NCBI GenBank assembly: GCA_000165345.1
Contig: CM000436.1
Coordinates: 832,001-896,000, forward strand
Reading direction: 5' to 3'
Length of the DNA: 64,000 bases
Shown: positions 12,564 to 21,333 of the stretch, piece by piece
Position numbering within the stretch: position 1 is the first letter of the stretch
How the letters are laid out: every line of letters starts with the position of its first letter
Notes under the pieces: generated by a model
Database searches by the model: none
Seen by the model: only the letters and a program-made list of their open reading frames with translations
Told to the model about the DNA's origin: nothing
Translations under genes and position numbers: made by a program

Positions 12564-15050
12564 TTATTCAGATATTTTTGATTTAATAAATTTCATAAAG
12601 CGCATAGAATATTTATCTGGTGGAACCGCTGAAATGCCGTTTGATGATCCAATAATGATTGCTTTGTAAAGTCTTTCAAACTTCTTAATGGTGCTCCAGG
12701 TTGAGAAAAAGTCAATAAATCCCAGGTAATAAACTTTCTTTTGATCAGAAGAGAGAATTCCAACGAACTTTCTATTATTCTTATTTTCAATAAGAGACTT
12801 GATGTTCATGGCGTCATCCTGCACATAATGTATTCCAATCAGGAGCGAATAATCCATTATGTTATAAAGTTCAAAAAATTTACAGTCTACTTCTAGTTGC
12901 TTTAGCAAATCTATTTGATCTTGCTGATTAATGTGCAACATTTCCTTATTATTCTTCATGTCCAACTCTTTTAAAGCAATAGTCTTATCTTCCTGAAGAA
13001 TTAAAGGCGTCGACCTTCCAATCCAGCTTCCCTTTATATCGTATCTTCTATGTATTTCAACGGGAGTATGAAAAATATTCTCCATTACAATGAAAAAAAT
13101 TTTGTGTATCTTGCTTTTCCTTAATATTGAATTGCCATTACTCGAAATTTGTTCCCTAATTGTATTGAATGGTTGAAGTAGAGGCTTTTTAAATCTAAGA
13201 GCATGAAGCCCATATATTCTCGTTATTAAACTGTTCTGGTTGCTTTTAATATGGTTAAAATACTTGCTCAATATGCTTCTAAAGAACACTGCCGTCTTTT
13301 TTCCCACAGTTTTTATTAAAAATCTACCGTCTGTAGTATAGTAGAAAAATGCACCAGACTTTCCTTCGCTACATAATTCATTCATTGAAGACAAATTTCC
13401 CAATACCATATTTCCCAATAACTGTTCTGGGCCAACGCTTCTTACATATGATTCAGGAGAAATATTGCATATTTCGCGGATCTTTCTGAATACCATGGGA
13501 TTATAATCAATAAACTGTACAGGCTTCATGAATCCTCTATAATCATTTGACTTTTGAATTAAAACATTTGATTTAGTGTTTGATTCCCTTGAAGTCCTGG
13601 GAATTATAAAAAACTTTTCTTTCATTATAAAGTCATAATCTGCGACATCTCGGTTCGGTTCTGAATAAACTCTCCCAATTGCCAGCCTCATTCCAACCAT
13701 CATATTCAATACTGTATTCCAACTTTCATGGCCAATGTAAACTGCATATCCCTTCGTTATTTTCACTACAGGAACATTTATACCACTTATCGTGGGTGTT
13801 TCCTTTTCAGAATGAGAATGTTTGGACTTTATTGAAGATACATTTGCCCTGGAACCCTTCACTTTAATTTTACTTGATGTCTTTGCCATATTTTGGAATC
13901 CTCTGCTAATATTGCTTCTGCGCCTATAAGTGTGTATCAAGGAGACTCGCTTCCGATTATTAGAACAATAGCTGTTCCTAGTATAATCAAGGGTACTGCT
14001 CGACTTATGCATAAACGTTTTCTTAATCATTTCGCTTGCAGACATACGATGTTTAGTATTCGGAGCAACATTACCTTTATTAATGTACATTTTCCTTCGA
14101 TTATAAACTTTTTTTATTATTCCCAAATTGAAATTGTTATATGTTACGATTTGAGATGGTGGCACCATATTCTGCAAAGAATAGATACTTTTTTTGCAAA
14201 TTGAATCGAGCATCTCAATATTATTATTCAATACACTTTTAAGCAAGAGCATGTCATGAGTAAATATTTTTACTATGCTATTAGTATCAGTAAAATTTTG
14301 AGCTTCAAACATATTTGTGCTTTTATTGATATCAAAAAGCATACAATTTAATAAATTATTTTCATTTGGGCTACGAATCCATTTTTCTAGAGTGTTAAGC
14401 GAATCAGTTGTCTCTTGTTTAATGTTTTTAATGTCCTCTAAAATATTAAAGACCTGTAGTTTCAGTCGAGAAGTAAATTCCTTTTCAATAGACTCGTTAT
14501 ACTCAACTCTATCAATTGGTTGCCTATTAAAAATATTAATTCCCTCGAATATTAACGGCGATTTCCTATTTTCAATATCTAAGTCATAAGATTCAAGAAT
14601 ATTCGGGGTTATTATTCCAAAAAATGAGAGAAACTCTGGGGAGTCTTGAATAGCCGCTTTATAACTTTCAAAGTAGATTTTGGGTTCATTTTGTTCATCT
14701 TTCACTGTTGAATAGTCGTTGAAAAAATTTTTAATTTCTTGATCCGAGAAATTTAATATTTGCGGCCCAACAAGCATATATCTAGCACTATCAATTGCTC
14801 TAATAGATTTTAATAACTTCTCAAAGGTGATCCCATCACTCAAATTCATATAATTTTCTCCCTTGATTACCCTGTAGGAAAACCTTGCCTTTTCATCGAA
14901 ATTATCAGAAATCATTATCGCTAGTGCTCTACCAAACTCGTAAAAATCAAGCAAGTTATTGTTATCAGTGTCCATCGCGTTAAAAATCATTTGAGAAAGA
15001 AGCCCATCATCTAATAGCCCCAAAACGATTCTAAACCTCCGAATATCCAT
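12564..15050 (-). CDS. phosphatidylinositol-4-phosphate 5-kinase with N-terminal EF-hand module
   Basis: The PIPK catalytic core is present (GKSGAFFYYTTDGRFLIKTV, MDYSLLIGIH). The N-terminus has an EF-hand-like loop (MDTDNNNLLDFYEFGRAL). The track start at 15083 is a TTG. The first ATG (MDIRRF) is at 15050. Confidence 0.85.
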   Translation of the reverse strand: MDIRRFRIVLGLLDDGLLSQMIFNAMDTDNNNLLDFYEFGRALAIMISDNFDEKARFSYRVIKGENYMNLSDGITFEKLLKSIRAIDSARYMLVGPQILNFSDQEIKNFFNDYSTVKDEQNEPKIYFESYKAAIQDSPEFLSFFGIITPNILESYDLDIENRKSPLIFEGINIFNRQPIDRVEYNESIEKEFTSRLKLQVFNILEDIKNIKQETTDSLNTLEKWIRSPNENNLLNCMLFDINKSTNMFEAQNFTDTNSIVKIFTHDMLLLKSVLNNNIEMLDSICKKSIYSLQNMVPPSQIVTYNNFNLGIIKKVYNRRKMYINKGNVAPNTKHRMSASEMIKKTFMHKSSSTLDYTRNSYCSNNRKRVSLIHTYRRRSNISRGFQNMAKTSSKIKVKGSRANVSSIKSKHSHSEKETPTISGINVPVVKITKGYAVYIGHESWNTVLNMMVGMRLAIGRVYSEPNRDVADYDFIMKEKFFIIPRTSRESNTKSNVLIQKSNDYRGFMKPVQFIDYNPMVFRKIREICNISPESYVRSVGPEQLLGNMVLGNLSSMNELCSEGKSGAFFYYTTDGRFLIKTVGKKTAVFFRSILSKYFNHIKSNQNSLITRIYGLHALRFKKPLLQPFNTIREQISSNGNSILRKSKIHKIFFIVMENIFHTPVEIHRRYDIKGSWIGRSTPLILQEDKTIALKELDMKNNKEMLHINQQDQIDLLKQLEVDCKFFELYNIMDYSLLIGIHYVQDDAMNIKSLIENKNNRKFVGILSSDQKKVYYLGFIDFFSTWSTIKKFERLYKAIIIGSSNGISAVPPDKYSMRFMKFIKSKISE

Positions 15051-15562
15051 GAATCCTAGTGTGTGATGTCGAGATAAAATCAATTCAAATTTATTTTGGC
15101 ATTTAATATATATAAATATATATCATTATAGTTACGAAATACTAATATTAAAGAGTTAATAATATAACTTACCATTATCTGAGTTTGAGATAAATGTATT
15201 GTAAAAATCCCTAATTTGCTTTGTGGATAGGTTTGTCTCATTTTGGATTTTTGTAAAAATATCTTGTTTTAATTTGAAACTTGAACATTTCCTAAAGAAA
15301 ATTTTGATTTTATGCATTTGTTCAAATAATAGTTACTATATATAGCATATCAAAAATCGAATGTATAACTTTCGATCAAACAGAATTATTAGATATAAAT
15401 CAATACAAGTAAAAGATATTTGAAACTCATTGCGCGGGAGAAAAGCTCAGAAACATGTAAATATTTCGAGAAATTAAGAGAAAATGACAAACAATTATTT
15501 AAGTTAATAGTAGATATGCTACATCAAAATTTGTCACATTGAGTTCAAGTATATCACAATAG

Positions 15563-16670
15563 TTACTTTGTGTCATATCTGTTCGTAAGTGACGTTCTCT
15601 CTTCCTGAATTGTTTTGGATTTGTTAAATTGAACTGGTTTTTTACTTGCAATAATATGGTACTGGCCTTCGCCTCTTATCATAGCGTTTAGTGGTATCCT
15701 CACGGTTTGACTATTTACAAGCCACATTAGAGCTCTTCCAATGTAACTTGAAGAACTTTTGGAATTAACCTAATTTTCATTAGTTAAAAAAAACATGTTT
15801 ATGTAATGACTTACCTTGGATAAAAAAGGCTCTACTTCCGTCTTCAAAGAATAAATGACGTTGGTAGTAATATTGAATTGCTTAATAATTTGGAATCCAG
15901 TATTTGCAATTGTATCCTAATCTAGTATTGAATGAAGATTCCTTAATATTTTGCAAGCTTACCTTTATATCTGGCCAGGCAATTGTGGGCGAAATATCTG
16001 CGAAGAGCATCATTCCACCTGGTTTAAGTAAGTCAAAAACTCCCTTTACAAACTTGTCAAAATTTGGATAACAGTGAGCGGACTCAACATTCAACACAAT
16101 GTCAAAAGATTCAGGCGCAAAGTAATTTTCAAGTTCCATACTGCTTCCAACATAAAATACTTTATTTCCAGCAGGAATCAAATCATTCCTATATATTTGT
16201 CTGCATAATTCAATCCCCTGATCACTAATATCAATCCCAGCATAAGACATCGGTTCAGCAACACTGCAAACTACAACCGAGCCTCCCCCTCTTCCGCAGC
16301 CTACCTCTAAGATGGATTTACCTTTGAAGTCATCATCATAAGTAGATAGAACTGCGGTATAAAGCTGCACTGAGTTCCAAACATCATTAAAGTTTGGCGG
16401 GGATTCTTTCTTTAACTTTTCCAATTTAGACTCGATAAATTTATCTAGCTCCGAATTTTCAGGAGGGCTATGAGGAGTTTTAATTGCATAGCCATAGTTC
16501 ATAAATGAGACATCAATGTTAGAAGTGTACTGTAACTTTGTAAATAGTGAATTGCAAGCATTATAACAAAATCTCCAAAATGACGGAGCAATGTTCAATA
16601 ACGACTTAAGGTGCCAATAAGTTAGCCAAACGAAGGTTAGTATTGAATCAATTACTGTAAGTATTTTCAT
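15563..16670 (-). CDS. membrane-anchored class I SAM-dependent methyltransferase (ERG6/SMT-like motifs), probable 3 exons: 15963..16670, 15815..15880, 15563..15769
   Basis: An N-terminal TM helix (ILTVIDSILTFVWLTYW) follows the first ATG at 16670. The track start at 16757 is a GTG. Motif I is ILEVGCGRGGGS, and a later FDIVLNVESAHCYPNFDKFVKGVFDLLKPGG segment is also present. After WPDIK there is an in-frame GTAAGC, then a second GTAAGT donor, and a 69-codon open 3' exon ending ...GQYHIIASKKP.... The single-exon alternative ends at 15882. Confidence 0.55.
15770..15814 (-). other. putative intron (45 nt) of methyltransferase gene
   Basis: GTAAGT donor and ...aaaattag acceptor. The flanking exons are both open and in frame. 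Confidence 0.45.
15881..15962 (-). other. putative intron (82 nt) of methyltransferase gene
   Basis: GTAAGC donor directly after ...WPDIK. The acceptor ttattaag is the weaker of the two sites. Confidence 0.35.
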
Positions 16671-17097
16671 TTCTCCTAAAGCCTTAATATCTGAGTAAAT
16701 AATTATTAAAATTGATTCTTTACCAAAAAAAAATGAATGTAAATGAAATATCCTCACTTGCTTGGAGCGATAAACAAGTCGAGTGATAACCCTCTTAAGT
16801 TTCGAAAAAAAAACCGAACGCTTTTATCAAAGTTCAAGTACGAGCAAAAACAACTTTCGTATTTTCGAAAAAAAAAAATTGTAAATATGTTGCTTCATTA
16901 AAGCACTAATGAATGTAATACAAAGTTATACTTTACATTTTATCAAATTAACTACCCAGACAACTTAAATATACCAACCAGACATAAATGTGTGGCCAAG
17001 AAGAGTATTAATAAATACAATATAGAGCTTACTATATTTTATTTTATCCTTGAGCCTCTGCAATTACCAATTGATAAAAATTTGCAAAAAGAAAGAA

Positions 17098-17105
17098 CTT
17101 TCCCG
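17098..17105. promoter_or_regulatory. canonical E2F-type site TTTCCCGC about 185 bp upstream of the kinesin-13 start codon
   Basis: Exact match to the E2F core TTTSSCGC, in AT-rich intergenic DNA upstream of a cell-cycle motor gene. Confidence 0.3.
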
Positions 17106-17288
17106 CAAAAATTTTAACAGAAAACCACCTCACAATACGTTTAAAAATATGTCTATACGAATGAAAGTGAGGTAAAGTGAGAATTCTTAGAAAAAAACTC
17201 TTAATCCAGTTAGATTTTTCCTACGAAAAAATTTATGGGAAAAGTTTGGATGGTATGTTTTGCAAAAAAATAATATGCAAAATAGAAA

Positions 17289-19121
17289 ATGAATCTTTCT
17301 CGTCCTGGATCATCTAAAGTTAGAACAAACGAGCATTTGAATTTTAATGTGAAAAACAAATTAAATAGAACAAAGATTACGGTTGTTGTCAGAAAACGAC
17401 CTCTTACTGATAACGAAATCTCAAGGAATGATGTTGATGTTGTAGAGGCTGTATGCAACGAAAATACTATTTATGTCCATGAATTGAAAACCAAAGTAGA
17501 TTGTACTAAATATATAGACAAGCATTCATATACTTTTGATCGAGTATATAGTGAGCAAATCAACAATAGAGAACTATATGAAGATATTATACGTCCTTTA
17601 ACTGAAAACATCTTTACCCCGGGATTTAAATGCTCCTGTTTTGCCTATGGCCAAACTGGAAGTGGAAAGACTTATACAATGATGGGAAGTGAAAATACGG
17701 CTTATTCTAATAGCTTACAGAGGAAAACTGAACGTGAACTTGGAATTTTCGAACTAGCAGTGAATAATATTTTTGAGCTTCTTGAACAAAGCGAACATGA
17801 AAATAAAGAAGTTTATGTTTCGTTTTTCGAAATCTACTGCGACAAACTATATGATCTACTTAACAATCAAAAGCTTGTGAGCGCAATGGAAAACAGTAAA
17901 CGTGAAGTAGTTGTCAAGGATCTAACTGAAAGGTTGATAAAAACCCGGGAGGACTTGTTATCTGTGATTAGCAAAGGATTAGAATATAGAAGAACTGCCC
18001 AAAATAGTATGAATGATATGTCATCCAGATCTCACGCAATTCTGCAAATTGAAATTAGATCCAGAATTTTTTCTACCACAAAAGAATCTACTCTTCAATC
18101 TCCCCTTTCTCCTAAATTCATTACATATGGGAAAATGGTATTTATCGACTTGGCAGGAAGTGAGAGGGGTGCAGACACAGTGCATAGCACAAGACAGACA
18201 CAACAGGATGGAGCAGGGATTAATCGCTCTTTACTTGCTCTAAAGGAATGCATTCGAGCTCTACACGACCAACAAAGCAGCCATGTTCCTTTTAGGCAAT
18301 CAGAATTGACCAAGGTTTTAAAAGATGTATTTGTTGGAAATGCACACTCTGTTATGATTGCAAATATAGGCCCTTGTTACTCTTGTTCTGAACAAACTTT
18401 AAACACTCTTAGATATGCTCACAGGGTAAAAGAACTGAGGAAAAAGTCAGTTATCAGATCAGATACTTTTCATAGCGATAAATATTCTTCTAAGCATCCA
18501 CTTTCTAGAAAAACAACTGCGCCTGCAAATATGTCTAAAAAAGATGCATCTTCCAGTAATGAAAGCCCGAGATCATGTACTGAAGAGGAATTTGAGGAAT
18601 CTAATGCTGACACTGAGTTTAGAGAAGATGATTTCGAAATTAGCCAGGAAATGATCAAATATGGAAATGCTGTAGAGCGTAACTTAAGCCAATCGTCTCC
18701 AAACATGCCTGATGAAGAGCATCTGTCAATCAGAAATGAATCTCCACAAATCGAAAAATTATTTGGAAGAAGCAGTATTTTTAACATTCCTGGTATTGGC
18801 ATTGTCAATACCGATACGATTCCGGAGGCTGATCTAAACAAACTAAAAAAATATTTGGGTGAATACTTTATTAAAAAACAAGAAGAACTTGCATCAAACC
18901 ATGCAACGCATTTGGGTGTGCTGTGTGAGTGTTTGAAGGAAGAATCGCTAATACTAAAAGACTTGTTAAAGAAAAACTATAGCAGAGAGAGCTCTAATGA
19001 ATACATCCAAGAATTAAAAAGTTTGGTTACGAGGAAATCAGAATCTTTGGAAAACCTAAAAAAAGAATTGGTAGAAATCGAAGAACTCATATCGATTATG
19101 GATACTATAGGAATCAGGTAA
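17289..19121 (+). CDS. kinesin-13 (MCAK-like) motor protein
   Basis: The kinesin-13 neck/motor signature VVVRKRPL...KVDCTKYIDKHSYTFDRVY is present, with a P-loop (GQTGSGKTYTMMG), switch II (DLAGSE) and a C-terminal coiled coil. Confidence 0.85.
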   Translation: MNLSRPGSSKVRTNEHLNFNVKNKLNRTKITVVVRKRPLTDNEISRNDVDVVEAVCNENTIYVHELKTKVDCTKYIDKHSYTFDRVYSEQINNRELYEDIIRPLTENIFTPGFKCSCFAYGQTGSGKTYTMMGSENTAYSNSLQRKTERELGIFELAVNNIFELLEQSEHENKEVYVSFFEIYCDKLYDLLNNQKLVSAMENSKREVVVKDLTERLIKTREDLLSVISKGLEYRRTAQNSMNDMSSRSHAILQIEIRSRIFSTTKESTLQSPLSPKFITYGKMVFIDLAGSERGADTVHSTRQTQQDGAGINRSLLALKECIRALHDQQSSHVPFRQSELTKVLKDVFVGNAHSVMIANIGPCYSCSEQTLNTLRYAHRVKELRKKSVIRSDTFHSDKYSSKHPLSRKTTAPANMSKKDASSSNESPRSCTEEEFEESNADTEFREDDFEISQEMIKYGNAVERNLSQSSPNMPDEEHLSIRNESPQIEKLFGRSSIFNIPGIGIVNTDTIPEADLNKLKKYLGEYFIKKQEELASNHATHLGVLCECLKEESLILKDLLKKNYSRESSNEYIQELKSLVTRKSESLENLKKELVEIEELISIMDTIGIR

Positions 19122-19754
19122 CAAAAATTAATTGTTTGATTGTTAATTTAAGTAATATTCATCTTTAAAGGTTTTAAATTACCCATCTAATGAATTCCCA
19201 CGTTTATATATCTATTTTCAATTGTTAATTTATATAGTGTTCTTACAATTATAGAATTAGGTAATTTAATTAAAAAAATATAAAATAGAAAGAGAAAAGT
19301 TAGAAATGTCATATGCAAGTAGAGTTTTCTATCAATTGAAAGTTCGAATGCATTTAATTTTTTCCAATATAGTACTTTTAAGTCAAGTATTAGTTCAACC
19401 TTTCTCATTTAACAAGCTGTCAGGAGACCAGAACTGAATCCTTTACTTAACTCCTTATTTTTATTATTACAGCATAACTACAGCTCGAGAATCAGATGTT
19501 TTGTTAGAAAACTACCTTTACCAGTGGCAACCAGTATTAGGTATTTCTACAAAAAAATTAGTGATATCCAGACCAAACTTATGGAAGAGAGTGCCCAAAT
19601 TTCCCTATCAAAATTAAAAAGCCCAATTTACAATGCAATATAATGTAAGTTGCAAAAATTGCTTTTTAGAGCAGAATGGATCTAATGCCACAATATAACA
19701 GGTGTGCATTAAAAAAAAAAACAGCGGCAATACTGATTCACCATTTTTTTAAAA

Positions 19755-20876
19755 ATGTCGCTGTTCCAGCCGAGTAATCAAATCAAACTGACCAATGTTG
19801 CAGTTGTTCGCTATAAGTCTCATGGAAAAAGATTTGAAGTTGCGTGCTATAAAAATAAAATTCTGAATTGGAGAAGTGGAGTAGAATGGGATCTTGATGA
19901 AGTTTTACAGATTAGAACAATTTTTGCAAATGTCTCAAAAGGCCAATTGGCGAATTCCGATGATTTAAATACCGTTTTTGGAACAAATAGCATTGATAAT
20001 ATTTGCAAAACTATTCTGAGCAAGGGTGAGATTCAAATATCAGAAACAGAAAGAAGTTATATGCTAGACAAACAATTTACCGATATCTGTCACATGCTCA
20101 ACAGAATGACTGTTAATCCAAAAAATAACTTGCCACTATCCGTAAAAATTATAGAATCTGAACTTAAAGATTCTGGATTTTCTGTATCATTAAATAAAAC
20201 AACTAAGGAGCAAGCACTAAAAGCGTTTGACATATTAAAAAAGCGTATTCCTGATCAGATTGAAAGGGCTAAAATGATGCTAAAGTTATCGGTAGATATT
20301 GTAAATAAACAGAATATAACTAAAAAGCTTAATGAATTTAATGTATTTCCTATTTCATCTGAAGAAAAACATAATACTTATACCATTACGTTTCTTTGTG
20401 AGCCACGATATTATCGAGAAATAGATCAGTTGGATTGCAAATTACTCTTACTTGACTCAAATGTAAAAACTTTGGACAAAAATTCAAATTTTGATAATGC
20501 AGAAGCTATTCAACTTGAACTTTCTAACAAAAGCGATATATTGTTTAATTCAATAACTTCCGACCCCAGGCATATAATTGATAAAAAACTAGAAAAAACA
20601 GAAGTTAGTATTAAAGAAAATGCAAATGCATTTGTAAAACCGATTGTCTCGAGTTTGAATATAGAAGAAAGCAAACGTGAGATTAAGTCTAACATGCTTC
20701 TTTGTCGCAAATGTAATATTCAATTGATGGATCATAATGCGTTTAAACAACATTACCGATCTGAATGGCATATTTTTAATACCAAAAGAAATGCAAGAAA
20801 AATGGAGCCGATTAGTGAGGAAGAATTTCTAGAGCTTCAGCAAGATATAAAGTTGGGATTTCTTGCAGTAGAATGA
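19755..20876 (+). CDS. SBDS: SBDS/Sdo1 ribosome-maturation protein with C-terminal C2H2 zinc-finger extension
   Basis: The N-terminus MSLFQPSNQIKLTNVAVVRYKSHGKRFEVACYKNKILNWRSGVEWDLDEVLQ is near-identical to the SBDS FYSH domain. The C-terminus carries CRKCNIQLMDHNAFKQHYRSEWH (C2H2). Confidence 0.85.
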   Translation: MSLFQPSNQIKLTNVAVVRYKSHGKRFEVACYKNKILNWRSGVEWDLDEVLQIRTIFANVSKGQLANSDDLNTVFGTNSIDNICKTILSKGEIQISETERSYMLDKQFTDICHMLNRMTVNPKNNLPLSVKIIESELKDSGFSVSLNKTTKEQALKAFDILKKRIPDQIERAKMMLKLSVDIVNKQNITKKLNEFNVFPISSEEKHNTYTITFLCEPRYYREIDQLDCKLLLLDSNVKTLDKNSNFDNAEAIQLELSNKSDILFNSITSDPRHIIDKKLEKTEVSIKENANAFVKPIVSSLNIEESKREIKSNMLLCRKCNIQLMDHNAFKQHYRSEWHIFNTKRNARKMEPISEEEFLELQQDIKLGFLAVE

Positions 20877-21333
20877 CTTCAGCCTATTATTGCTGAAATT
20901 CAATATTAAAACTTAAGATTTATTTCTATATATTTTATAATAAGTTAGATCATTTGAATGAAACTTAGAAATAGAAAATAATTACGTTTATATTTGATAA
21001 TCAGTTCAGTTACTGCATAATAAATCTATTCATTGAAAGGACTGTTTCATAATTTGTAGAACTTATGCAAAAAAATTTTAGGAAAAGGATATTTGAACTA
21101 TTGATTCAATCTCCGAGAAAATTCAAGAGCATAAATTTGTGGAAAGAAGTTTAAACACTGTCTTTGATTCAGTTTTATTGTCCGATTATTACTATTTCTA
21201 GACTATAGAACTAAGAAATTTGAATCCATGGAGGAATTTCAGCCATCATGCGCTTAACATCTAAAATTTGAAAATATTAATTCTGTTTTATGTGAATTAC
21301 CCTTTTTGCGTTTTGAAAAAGTTATAAAATTTA

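Noticed and set aside
15150-15210. ATAATG|GTAAGT on the minus strand upstream of PIP5K, resembling a start-codon micro-exon plus donor
   Set aside because: The only candidate acceptor leads into AT-rich sequence with stops in all frames before the PIP5K ORF. A TAA immediately precedes the ORF's open frame, so no in-frame join is possible. I treat it as a chance match in promoter DNA.
16671-16757. Track-reported N-terminal extensions beginning at TTG or GTG. They are 5525 for the ABC1 kinase, 15083 for PIP5K, 16757 for the methyltransferase, 23331 for PheRS-beta, 30622 for SRSF and 63926 for the mucin gene.
   Set aside because: Inspection of the nucleotides shows these starts are non-ATG codons translated as M by the ORF caller. 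I moved starts to the first in-frame ATG, or to an upstream exon for SRSF. The mucin gene is simply open to the window edge.
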